This document shows positions 9,719 to 18,547 of a stretch of 64,000 bases of DNA, one piece after another. The position numbers and the translations under genes are program-made. The stretch comes from an uncultured virus (IMG/VR IMGVR_UViG_3300025572_000450). Taxonomy: Duplodnaviria; Heunggongvirae; Uroviricota; Caudoviricetes. How positions within the stretch are numbered: the stretch's first letter is position 1; every line of letters starts with the position of its first letter. The stretch is from IMG/VR virus record IMGVR_UViG_3300025572_000450. One strand, given 5' to 3'. Below the pieces are notes generated by a model. It did not search any database and was not told the origin of the DNA. It saw only the letters and a list, made by a program, of their open reading frames with translations.

Positions 9719-10013
9719 CGAGGTTTACGGGCCTGAAGACCGAGTAATTGCAACAGCTCAATTACAACAGCGCCATGGTGTTTATTGGTTATCGAATGTT
9801 TGGGTAGCAGATACCCATCGCGGCCAGCATCTTGGAACGAAGGTAGTTCGTTCGCTCTTGGAGCAACTAACCATAGGAGAAGAAGTCTATCTGCTCGTTG
9901 AAGCCTTTGGCTACCAAGGCTTAAACGATCAAGAACTCATACAGTTTTACAAACGATTTGGGTTTGTCAAAACCCAAATCCCAGGCATTCTTCATCTCAA
10001 AGTAGAAAGATAG
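9606..10013 (+). CDS. GNAT acetyltransferase (start uncertain, overlaps portal 3' end)
   Basis: VWVADTHRGQHLG motif A and FYKRFGF. Confidence 0.75.
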   Translation: MATIMKPSLQNEKRLMKAKKNKQKPKAYLNQPIPKLVSEVYGPEDRVIATAQLQQRHGVYWLSNVWVADTHRGQHLGTKVVRSLLEQLTIGEEVYLLVEAFGYQGLNDQELIQFYKRFGFVKTQIPGILHLKVER

Positions 10014-10017
10014 AAAA

Positions 10018-10749
10018 ATGGCACGAAAAGCAACAACTGAACAAGAACTTCCAGAAGAGCAGAATTCAGCTGAAACCGAAACTCCTGAAACAAGCGCTGA
10101 AGCAGAGCGCCTCAAGCAGTTTCGTGAACCACCTCGGCCCAAGCCTCCAGTAGAACCTGAAACCGAGGCTGATGAGGTCGTCGAAGAGGTGGCTGAAGAA
10201 GAGGCTGAAGCACAAGCCGATCAGTCGAGTATCAATCCGAAAGAAATCGAGCGATTGCGCAAAGAAGCAGCCGCCGCCAAGGATCTCAACAAGCAACTTA
10301 AAGAGCTTAAAAAGCGAATTGCGGATTTCGAGCGTGAGAAGCTGACCGAGGAACAGAAACGCGAAGCTGACTATCAGGCCGCTATAGAACGTGCTCAAGA
10401 TCTTGAAACAAAGCTGCGTTCGACTTTGGCTACGCAAGCCATCGATCAGGCTGCGCTTGAAGCTGGCGTGCAGCCCAAACACCTGCCTCGCATTCGTAAG
10501 CTGTTGGCCACCAATGTGACCTTCAACGATGACAACGAGGCCGAAAACGCAGCCGAGCTGGTCGCCGAGCTTGTCAAAGAGATCCCTGAATTTGTGCGCC
10601 AAGCGGCTCCTGAGAACCCAGGCAATCCTGCCAGCAACCGCCGTGGTAAGTCGTTGACCTTAGAGATGCTTCGCACCATGTCTCAAGACGAGATCGCCAA
10701 ACTGGACTGGGGTGAAGTCCAGAAAGTTCTGAGTTCGCAAACGGCATAA
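10018..10749 (+). CDS. Capsid scaffolding protein
   Basis: Acidic coiled-coil protein between portal and capsid. Confidence 0.75.
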   Translation: MARKATTEQELPEEQNSAETETPETSAEAERLKQFREPPRPKPPVEPETEADEVVEEVAEEEAEAQADQSSINPKEIERLRKEAAAAKDLNKQLKELKKRIADFEREKLTEEQKREADYQAAIERAQDLETKLRSTLATQAIDQAALEAGVQPKHLPRIRKLLATNVTFNDDNEAENAAELVAELVKEIPEFVRQAAPENPGNPASNRRGKSLTLEMLRTMSQDEIAKLDWGEVQKVLSSQTA

Positions 10750-10799
10750 GAGCATCACAGAGCTGAAATAGCTTGACATAGTACGAGGAACACTATAAT

Positions 10800-11009
10800 A
10801 TGACTTCGGAAAATATTACTATCCCTGAAGCTCGTGAACAGTGGGAAGAGGTGCGGGATCAGCAATCAGGCAAACTCTTATTCAAGATCGACCGCAAGCG
10901 CGGTTTGATCCAGACCCGTCTCTCTTTTTGGGATGAGACACGACGCAAGCGTGTATCGAGCTTGATCGTGACTGATCTAGTGCCACTGTTCAACGGTAAC
11001 AGTCAATAA
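10800..11009 (+). CDS. Small Com-like putative regulator (no Zn ligands)
   Basis: WEEVRDQQSGKLLFKI resembles the Com-family EIRCxxCGKLL pattern; positional analog at 61503. Confidence 0.45.
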   Translation: MTSENITIPEAREQWEEVRDQQSGKLLFKIDRKRGLIQTRLSFWDETRRKRVSSLIVTDLVPLFNGNSQ

Positions 11010-11038
11010 AATTGTTTTTTAAATCCTATAGTTAGTTT

Positions 11039-11113
11039 GAGCCGCCAAAGAGCAGCCTTCTTGTGTGAAGGCTGCTCTTTTTTAGAGCTATTTAGAGCTG
11101 CCACAGAGCTGCC
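11039..11113 (+). promoter_or_regulatory. Terminator-like hairpin flanked by GAGC repeats in the capsid leader
   Basis: 14-bp stem 11047-11060/11067-11080 plus T-run; GAGC at 11039, 11050, 11085, 11095 and 11106. Confidence 0.7.
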
Positions 11114-11135
11114 TTAAATGTGTGGAGGTTTCTCT

Positions 11136-12029
11136 GTGAGTACACACAATTTCATCCCAACAGTATGGGCAGCTCGTCTCCTGCAAAACTTGCAGAACAA
11201 CTTGGTGTATGGTCAAACTGGCGTCGTGAACAACGACTATGAGGGAGAGATCCGAGAATTGGGTGATTCGGTCAAGATTCTGTCGATCGGCAGCATCGAG
11301 ATCGGGGATTACGCTCGTAATCAGGATATGGATCCCCCGCAGGTGCTCGATGACGCTGGTACGACCTTGATCATCGATCACTCTCGCTACTTCAACTTCT
11401 ACGTTGACAACCTCGATCGCGTACAAGCGAACCCCGCTCGTATGGACGCCGCCATGCAGGAAGCCGGCTACGCCATGGCGAACGACACTGACAAGTGGCT
11501 GGCCGAAAAGATGGTTGCCGAAGCTGGCAATAGCGCTACTGGCAACGGTGGCGGCAACATCATCGGCACAGATGCCAATCCGATCCAGCTTGGCCTTGGA
11601 AGCAGTGACAAGAACGCCTATGAGCTGTTAGTCGATCTCTCGACTAAGATGGACGAGGCCAACCTGCCGCCAGAGGGACGATATGTCATCGTTTCGCCAT
11701 GGGTTCATGGCTTGTTGCTCAAGGATGGTCGCTTCACCAACTACGGTACTGAAGCGAACCGTGACACGCTCCAGCGTGGTCGTATTGGCTCTGTGGCAGG
11801 CATGACCGTTCTGCGCTCGAACAATGTCCCTGTTCGTGGCGGCTCGAAATGGAAGATCATCGCCTCGCACAGCATGTGTACTACACTTGCTACCCAGTTC
11901 ACGCGCATTGTTGGCTATGAGCCGGAAAAGCGTTTCGGCGATGCCGTGAAGGGCCTCAAGCTCGAAGGTGCCAAGGTTACGCGACCTTCTGGTGTCATTG
12001 TGGCTACAGTCTCTAAGGGCACAATCTAG
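11136..12029 (+). CDS. Major capsid protein (P22 coat-like family)
   Basis: NFIPTVWAARLL..DYEGEI..GDSVKI; GGAGG RBS before GTG 11136. Confidence 0.9.
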   Translation: MSTHNFIPTVWAARLLQNLQNNLVYGQTGVVNNDYEGEIRELGDSVKILSIGSIEIGDYARNQDMDPPQVLDDAGTTLIIDHSRYFNFYVDNLDRVQANPARMDAAMQEAGYAMANDTDKWLAEKMVAEAGNSATGNGGGNIIGTDANPIQLGLGSSDKNAYELLVDLSTKMDEANLPPEGRYVIVSPWVHGLLLKDGRFTNYGTEANRDTLQRGRIGSVAGMTVLRSNNVPVRGGSKWKIIASHSMCTTLATQFTRIVGYEPEKRFGDAVKGLKLEGAKVTRPSGVIVATVSKGTI

Positions 12030-12070
12030 CTAGTTGGTTGGCCCTAAGTTGAAGTGGAAAGAGAAATAGT

Positions 12071-12496
12071 ATGGCCCGAACAAAAATTACACCTACCCTC
12101 TTGACCGCAGAGAATGCGGTTGCGAGTGGTGCTGGAATCACCATTGATAGCACGCTCGTGAGCAATGGTGTCTATATCGACGCGGATGGCGATGTTGAAC
12201 GCTTAGTTATTCGCGTGGTAAATAGCCACGCTAGCGCAGCCAAAACCTTTACGGTCAAGGCGGCTCCTGCTGAGAATGGCTACCCTCTCGGGGGAGGATA
12301 CCAATTCCTTGCTCCACAGGGGGATATTGTTACGTCGGTTGCGTCGAGCGGCGATATGATGCTGGCTGGCCTCGTGAGCGCTCGTCACGTTACCAAAGAT
12401 CCCGATAGTGGCGACCGTGGTGTCGTTCTTATCGACTTTGAGAACGGCTTCACTGGCGCGATCCGCGTCTATAAGTTGCCCAAAGAGATCTTTTAG
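12071..12496 (+). CDS. Probable capsid decoration or minor head protein
   Basis: Beta-rich 141-aa protein right after the capsid gene. Confidence 0.55.
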   Translation: MARTKITPTLLTAENAVASGAGITIDSTLVSNGVYIDADGDVERLVIRVVNSHASAAKTFTVKAAPAENGYPLGGGYQFLAPQGDIVTSVASSGDMMLAGLVSARHVTKDPDSGDRGVVLIDFENGFTGAIRVYKLPKEIF

Positions 12497-12513
12497 TCGA
12501 GCTACCCTAAAAG

Positions 12514-12551
12514 AATAAGAGCTACCTCTGGTTCAAGAGGTAGCTCTTATT
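12514..12551. terminator. Bidirectional terminator hairpin
   Basis: 16-bp perfect stem AATAAGAGCTACCTCT/AGAGGTAGCTCTTATT between convergent ORFs. Confidence 0.8.
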
Positions 12552-12552
12552 A

Positions 12553-12954
12553 TTATTGGCGTGTTATTACTATACAAGCCGCCGTACAAACTTGTTCAAG
12601 ATCCACACGACAAAATCGAATAATTGACGTTGGCTTTCTTCCTTGACCCGCTCTTGGACTTTTTGGGAGCACACGCTCATGCACTGGCCGATATTGCTGG
12701 CGATCCAGTGCTTCAGCACGTTGATTTAATGTATCTGCTAATGTCCTCAATTCGGCTGCCAACGTTCGCAGCTGCTTTGGTGTTCGCGCTTCTATAATCA
12801 GGGAATTGATAGGCTTGCTACGATCCATGCCTCTTGGTCTTTCGACCTGTGTGGGGCTGGATGCGGCCCTCTTTAAAGTCTTCGGGGTTGGCGAGAATTT
12901 TGTCTCGCCATTCAATTCATGCTCGATGGCGCTCATTGTGATATTCTTCCCCAT
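12553..12954 (-). CDS. Hypothetical protein
   Basis: 133-aa ORF ending at the terminator. Confidence 0.45.
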   Translation of the reverse strand: MGKNITMSAIEHELNGETKFSPTPKTLKRAASSPTQVERPRGMDRSKPINSLIIEARTPKQLRTLAAELRTLADTLNQRAEALDRQQYRPVHERVLPKSPRAGQGRKPTSIIRFCRVDLEQVCTAACIVITRQ

Positions 12955-13095
12955 TCCGCTTGTGAGCTTTTACGTCGCGCTCAAAACTTTTGAGTGCAAC
13001 AGCTATTCATCTATCTTGATGATCCGCAACACTTCGTCTACAGGTACAAGTGTATGCCCATATTGAGTTGCTCCATATTGACGATGTTACGTTGA

Positions 13096-13514
13096 GTTAC
13101 ATTATAATTCATTTTTACAAAAGTGTCAAATATGTCGTTTAATTTTAAAATAATGACAAATATATCATAAAATATTTACAGTAGTGTTTTGATGTTACAA
13201 ACCCAGTAACCCTATTAAGAAGCCTAGTTACAATCATGGTTACAAAAGGTTACAAAATCTTGTCTTTCCTGTAACCCGTGTATAACCCTTTGGAAAGCCC
13301 TAAAAAAGTCTTTACAAGTCGTAGTTACAAGTTCAAGTAAAAAAAATATGTATTAAGGTTTTTTGGTCTCTATAGAGTGATCTCACTAAAATAAATATAT
13401 ATAGTATAAGTCTTGTAACCTTGTAACTATACATATACATATATCTATATAAGCCTTTCTAATGCCTTAAACTGTGGTTACAAAAATAGTTACAAAAAGT
13501 TACAACCAGTTACA
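13096..13514. repeat. AT-rich non-coding region with about 13 GTTACA/TGTAAC repeats; candidate replication origin
   Basis: GTTACA at 13096, 13194, 13227, 13239, 13249, 13324, 13477, 13489, 13499, 13509; TGTAAC at 13270, 13414, 13422. Confidence 0.7.
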
Positions 13515-13661
13515 AAACCTGTTTCTTTTTCTCTTATCCTGTTTCAAGTTTGGTTATGGAGAAAACAAGCCCTTATTTTATTCAAGATTGCCTCTTGATA
13601 TTCTAGTTTTAAGGCAGTAGAATGCCTTGAAAAGCTTATTAGATGCGTGTGACAACGATAA

Positions 13662-13964
13662 TTGTGTCATCGTTACACTATTGATATGCAATTGAAACAT
13701 ATGGCAAAGAAACAAGATGGTATAGTCATTGCCCCCAACGAGCGCAATGTACCGCGTGGCCCTAACAACATGCAGGGCGTCGAACGTTGTTGTTCAATGT
13801 GTCTTCAATGGAAGGCAAGGCTGGAGCATTTCAGGCAAGAGATCGATAATGCGTATTCGATGACTTGCAAGGCGTGCGAAGGGATCGAAGGGAACAAAGA
13901 GACGCTGGCCGATGGGCCGATCATAGCGCGTCGGCGTGTAGACACGAAAGAAGGTACTCAGTGA
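13662..13964 (+). CDS. Small CxxC-CxxC zinc-finger protein
   Basis: CSMC ... CKAC. Confidence 0.55.
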   Translation: MCHRYTIDMQLKHMAKKQDGIVIAPNERNVPRGPNNMQGVERCCSMCLQWKARLEHFRQEIDNAYSMTCKACEGIEGNKETLADGPIIARRRVDTKEGTQ

Positions 13965-14125
13965 CCTACGAGCAATTGTTCGCGTATGGAAAGCTAGGCA
14001 TCGTGATCCGATTGTCAAAAAACGAAGCTGGCATTCAGATACCAGGAGAAGAAGACATTCGTTGGATACCGCTTACAAACCTTCAAGAATTTGCTGCTGG
14101 CGTATTAGAGGTAGTGGACGAATAA
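13961..14125 (+). CDS. Hypothetical 54-aa protein
   Basis: GTGA overlap with the upstream stop; AAGG RBS. Confidence 0.5.
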   Translation: MTYEQLFAYGKLGIVIRLSKNEAGIQIPGEEDIRWIPLTNLQEFAAGVLEVVDE

Positions 14126-14260
14126 GTCGGCTAAACTGTAACAACTTTTTTGGGAATATGCTATAATCAGATTGACAAATTTGTCGCATAAATCCAGTGA
14201 ATTGGCAAATATGTCATCAGGCCGAGATCCGATCAAACAGTACCTGCCGCTTTAGCCCAC

Positions 14261-14370
14261 TGCGCTCACAATGATGTTATATCTTGGCTCATCTTCGAGG
14301 TATAACTGGCCTCTTAACTCCTGAGAGGTCGTGAAATCAAAGGTAGTAAAATATGCCTGTTGTGAGCGCA
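14261..14370 (+). ncRNA. Candidate structured RNA (multi-stem junction)
   Basis: 11-bp closing stem plus three internal hairpins whose G-U pairs fit only the + strand; TGcTATAAT promoter near 14159-14167. Confidence 0.5.
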
Positions 14371-14393
14371 CTAATCACAAGTGATGAGGACAC

Positions 14394-14421
14394 ATGAGAT
14401 TACTTGTATGTAAGCACCTTT
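14394..14421 (+). pseudogene. 5' part of a secreted or membrane phage gene interrupted by the element
   Basis: GAGGA RBS, ATG AGA TTA CTT GTA TGT AAG CAC CTT T; joins in frame to 21630. Confidence 0.85.
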
Positions 14422-14457
14422 GAGGGTGCGTCTTAGGGATTTTCAATTCCGGAAAAT

Positions 14458-14496
14458 ATCGGCATAGTTTGGTATGTATTTACCGGCTATGCCGAT
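14458..14496 (-). terminator. Hairpin at the end of the recombinase remnant
   Basis: ATCGGCATAG / CTATGCCGAT inverted repeat. Confidence 0.6.
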
Positions 14497-14775
14497 TTTT
14501 CATTCTTTGTGGTGGATGTAGAAACCGGTGGATCAAACTCGCCAATGCAGTTCCATACAATTTTGATACGCTGTACCCGCCTGCCATCAATGCGCTCTGC
14601 TTTGTACACATAGATCTTTTCAACGAATTCCCGGATAATTTCCGCTGTGAGTTCCTTAATGTCCGTATACTTTCTTACCAGTGAGAGGAAGTGGTCAACA
14701 TTGAGAGCGCTTTCCTTATCCTCTGTCATAATGGATTTCAGTTCCGTTACTCGCTTCTCAAGAGCCTGCTGCTCG
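14487..14775 (-). pseudogene. C-terminal remnant (DUF4368-like) of a TnpX-type large serine recombinase
   Basis: EQQALEKRVTELKSIM..FLSLVRKYTDIKELTAEIIREFVEKIYV..QRIKIVWNCIG; no catalytic N-terminus. Confidence 0.8.
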
Positions 14776-14990
14776 TGGTCTCCCCGTATCCGATTGCAGC
14801 AGAAGCGCTCCGGCTTTCACCATCGTGGCGGCTACGCTGCAAAAGTATCTCTTGCGGGTGGACTATTCAGTTGTCAAGGAACCGGAATTTAAGTGGTTTT
14901 ACAATTTGTTCTTGTTTTCAATGCCATTGTATAATACAATGTAAGTGATGTTAAATTTTCATCGATTACAATAACGATTACATTCAAAGG

Positions 14991-15950
14991 ATGATTGCCA
15001 TGAAAAAACTGCCGGTAGAAAACCTCGGCTTTGTTGAAATTGGCGGCGCTGGAGAGATGATATATAGGGCTGTGCGATTTCCCGAGTATGTTCCGGACTA
15101 TGACGATGACGGCGAAATAATTAAACCTATCTTCACAGGGCTTCATGCTCCGGAAAGCGGTACTGATTATTCGCTTACCGGACAGGAGCTATTGGTTAGT
15201 CTGTGTAATCTTTACGGGAAATTAAATAACCCAGACAGCACTGTTCCGGTTACAGATGCCGTCTGGGATTGGTGCAGAAACAATATTCATCCTTACAACA
15301 TAGACAGTCTTTATGAAATGCTGGTTAGCGAGAAGTTTGCGCATATAACATACATGGATTTGATTCAGAAAGATGCCACATTCTATGTAAATCAATTCAT
15401 AAAGGATTTATGCGGTCTGGGTACTGTATTTGAGCTTTACTTTGCCTTGAGAAGGGTTAAATACTACGGAGAGATTGACTGCGCAAGGAATCTTTATTAT
15501 GAAGGCAGGCTTTGCGACAGCCTCGCTTTTCTTGAAAGATACCGACAATACGAGGATGACGAGGAATACAAGGCCCGTATATTAGAGAATTACAATGAAC
15601 ACATATCCCAAGTGATTGATATGTTCCCGGACTTCCGTATGAGGCTGAAATTGGATAAGAAAACCAGGAAAGTGATGTACGGAGCAGACATTCAATCGGT
15701 ATTCGATATTTGCTGGTACACCTTTTCCAGAATGGTAGCTGACGTTGCGCCGCCGGTGGATGAAGATTTAAACTATTTTGAATCGCAAGGCTCCATACTT
15801 TCATGCCTTGCCTGCGGGAAATACTTTGTGCGGCATTCAAGCCGCCAGCTATATTGTAATAGTTGGGATTGCCAAGCCGAGCGGAATCGCAGAAACAGAC
15901 GAGCCAGCTATGCCCGGAAGAAAGCCAAGGAAGCAGGTAACAAGAAATAA
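14991..15950 (+). CDS. Protein with C-terminal CGNR-like zinc finger and basic tail
   Basis: CLACGKYF..QLYCNSWDC..RNRRNRR. Confidence 0.7.
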   Translation: MIAMKKLPVENLGFVEIGGAGEMIYRAVRFPEYVPDYDDDGEIIKPIFTGLHAPESGTDYSLTGQELLVSLCNLYGKLNNPDSTVPVTDAVWDWCRNNIHPYNIDSLYEMLVSEKFAHITYMDLIQKDATFYVNQFIKDLCGLGTVFELYFALRRVKYYGEIDCARNLYYEGRLCDSLAFLERYRQYEDDEEYKARILENYNEHISQVIDMFPDFRMRLKLDKKTRKVMYGADIQSVFDICWYTFSRMVADVAPPVDEDLNYFESQGSILSCLACGKYFVRHSSRQLYCNSWDCQAERNRRNRRASYARKKAKEAGNKK

Positions 15951-16090
15951 AAATTGAACTCGCTACCAGCCACTTGGTATAAGTGTGACGTTGTAAATGC
16001 TTTCGGATAAAACTTATTCATGTATTTATTGAAAATTTAACAGAAATGTGATATCCTTTGTATAACTTCTCTTAATTGGAGGTATAGCTT

Positions 16091-16312
16091 ATGGCTGTAA
16101 GTTATAAGAAGTTGCAACACTTAATGATTGATAGAAATATATCTAATGCTGAACTTATGCGTAGAGCAAACATATCAGCAAATATAATCACGAAAATTAG
16201 AACAGGCCAATATATAGCGTTAGATAAAGTGGAAAGCATTTGTTTGGCAATGTGCTGTACACCTAATGATATTTTGGAGTTTGTTCCGGACGAGGAGCAG
16301 ATGAAAAAATGA
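16091..16312 (+). CDS. Cro/C1-type HTH regulator, putative controller of the RM-like operon
   Basis: MAVSYKKL..ANISANIITKI..ICLAMCCTPNDILEF; GGAGG RBS. Confidence 0.85.
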   Translation: MAVSYKKLQHLMIDRNISNAELMRRANISANIITKIRTGQYIALDKVESICLAMCCTPNDILEFVPDEEQMKK

Positions 16313-17013
16313 CGAAACAGGTAAAATCCAAGAAGCGCGTTGCTGAGCATGGCGAGGTTTTTACAGCCGAACGCGAGGTTAAAGCCATGTGCGACTTGGT
16401 GAAACAGGAAACAGAAAGAATTGACTCGCGATTTTTGGAGCCTGCCTGCGGTAATGGAAATTTCCTTGCAGAAATACTTTCAAGGAAACTGGCTGTTGTG
16501 AGGAAAAAATATAAAAAAAGCCCTTATGATTGGGAGCGCAATTCGCTTCTGGCGCTGGGCAGCTTATATGGAGTGGATTTACTGATCGACAACTGTATTG
16601 AATGTAGGCAGCGGCTATTTGAAATGTGGGATAAGGAATATAAGGCTATATGTAAAAAAGAGTGCAATGATGACACCCGCGAGGCTGCCAAGTTTATCCT
16701 CTCCCGTAACATCGTTTGCGGTAATGCGTTGACACTTAAATGTGTCGATGAAAATGGAAAGGATACTAATGAACCTATAGTTTTTTCCGAATGGACTTTT
16801 CCTTTTAATGATGCTATGATGCAACGCAGTGATTATACCTTTGCAGAACTGCTAGCTGCTGAAGAGGAAAGGCCTAAACGTAAAAAGAAAAAAGACGAGC
16901 CTGAGCAAATATCACTCATGCTAGATGAAGATATAAGAGAGGCACCATCGGATGAAGGAGTGTTCCTGAAGAAATACATCTCACATTATAGGAGGATACA
17001 GGAAAATGGCTGA
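16309..17013 (+). CDS. Truncated N6-adenine MTase-like subunit (SAM-binding half)
   Basis: GEVFT and FLEPACGNGNFL present; no NPPY/DPPY catalytic motif. Confidence 0.8.
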   Translation: MTKQVKSKKRVAEHGEVFTAEREVKAMCDLVKQETERIDSRFLEPACGNGNFLAEILSRKLAVVRKKYKKSPYDWERNSLLALGSLYGVDLLIDNCIECRQRLFEMWDKEYKAICKKECNDDTREAAKFILSRNIVCGNALTLKCVDENGKDTNEPIVFSEWTFPFNDAMMQRSDYTFAELLAAEEERPKRKKKKDEPEQISLMLDEDIREAPSDEGVFLKKYISHYRRIQENG

Positions 17014-18547
17014 TACAGGATTATTTAATAATGTATACAATCCGGACGTGCTGTCCTGCCTTGCTAATCTCTCAAACGATGAGGTTTTTACTCCACCCGA
17101 CGTAGTGAACGCTATGCTTGATATGCTGCCGCAGGAGCTCTTTCAGAATCCTCATACCACCTTTCTTGATCCTGCCTGCAAGACTGGTGTCTTTCTTCGT
17201 GAAATTGCCAAAAGGCTTATCAAAGGACTGGAGACGCAGTTCCCAGATTTACAGGAGCGTATAGATCATATTTTTCATAATCAGCTTTATGGTATTGCTA
17301 TTACAGAACTCACCAGTTTGCTTTCACGCAGGGGAGTTTACTGCTCCAAATACCCGAACAGCGAGTTTTCTGTAAGTTACTTTGATGATGATCACGCACA
17401 AGGAAATATTCGCTTTGTGCGTACTAAACATACGTGGAAAGAAGGTAAATGTATATATTGCGGAGCTACTCAAAGCGAGTACGATAGAAGTACAGATCTA
17501 GAAACATATGCTTATGAGTTTATCCATACAAAAAAGCCGGAGGAAATTTTCAATATGAAGTTTGATGTAATAATATCAAATCCACCTTACCAACTGAGTG
17601 ATGGTGGTTATGGAAAAAGTGCTAAACCTATTTATCAGCTTTTTGTGGAAAAAGCTATTCAACTTAATCCACGCTATCTATCAATGGTAATACCTTCTCG
17701 ATGGTTCTCAGGCGGACGTGGTCTTGAGGATTTTAGACGTACAATGCTTTCGGATAAACGTATTAGTACCCTTGTTGATTATGAAAATTTTAAAGATATT
17801 TTCCCAGGTGTTGATCTTGCAGGTGGTGCTTGTTATTTTTTATGGGATAGGGAACACGAAGGAATGTGTCAAGTAATCAATCGTGCAAATGGAGCTGATG
17901 ATGTAGTAGATACCAGATATCTAGATGAGTTTGATGTCTTCATAAGATCGAATAAAGCTCTTTCCATCATCCGTAAAGTTTTGAAAAAACATACTGGTCC
18001 ATTCATGGACAAAACAGTTTCTGCGTCAAAACCATTTGGCTTGCGGACTTTCTATGAACCACAGGAACAAGGTATTCCTTGCCAGTTTATACAGCGAATA
18101 GGACTAAAATATGCTAATCCAGTTGATGTAACTGATAATTTTAATCTACTAAACAAGTGGAAGTTTTTGGCGCCACGTTCACCTATCGCTGGTCAAACTG
18201 ATTTTTCAAAACCGGTAAAATTTTATTATGATGGAAACACTAAAATTGTTCCACCTGGTACATGTTGTACAGAATCTTTTATTGTTTTATTTGCTTCTGA
18301 CTCAGAAGATGAGGTACAATCCTTTAAAACATATCTTTATACTAAAACTGTTCGATTTCTTTTACTTCAATGTGTTGTTTCACAGGATGTCACCAGAGAG
18401 AAATTTAAGTTTGTTCCTGCTATGAATCATTATGAAGGTGTGTATAGCGACCGTCAATTATGTGATTTATGGGGTATAACTGAAGATGAATGGAAATACA
18501 TTGATTCTAAAATCAGTGAAGTGGACGGTGATGACGATGTCAACTGA
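17006..18547 (+). CDS. Eco57I-like amino-methyltransferase with C-terminal TRD
   Basis: DEVFTP, FLDPACKTGVFL, DVIISNPPY, IPSRW. Confidence 0.9.
   Translation: MADTGLFNNVYNPDVLSCLANLSNDEVFTPPDVVNAMLDMLPQELFQNPHTTFLDPACKTGVFLREIAKRLIKGLETQFPDLQERIDHIFHNQLYGIAITELTSLLSRRGVYCSKYPNSEFSVSYFDDDHAQGNIRFVRTKHTWKEGKCIYCGATQSEYDRSTDLETYAYEFIHTKKPEEIFNMKFDVIISNPPYQLSDGGYGKSAKPIYQLFVEKAIQLNPRYLSMVIPSRWFSGGRGLEDFRRTMLSDKRISTLVDYENFKDIFPGVDLAGGACYFLWDREHEGMCQVINRANGADDVVDTRYLDEFDVFIRSNKALSIIRKVLKKHTGPFMDKTVSASKPFGLRTFYEPQEQGIPCQFIQRIGLKYANPVDVTDNFNLLNKWKFLAPRSPIAGQTDFSKPVKFYYDGNTKIVPPGTCCTESFIVLFASDSEDEVQSFKTYLYTKTVRFLLLQCVVSQDVTREKFKFVPAMNHYEGVYSDRQLCDLWGITEDEWKYIDSKISEVDGDDDVN

Noticed and set aside
10773..10799. 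Consensus promoter TTGACA...TATAAT before the Com-like ORF
   Set aside because: The spacer is only 15 bp and the ATG abuts the -10 box, so it is not called with confidence.
14261..14370. lac operator-like half sites (TTGTGAGCGC) suggesting vector contamination
   Set aside because: The halves are about 90 bp apart, close a larger fold, and no vector sequence is adjacent.
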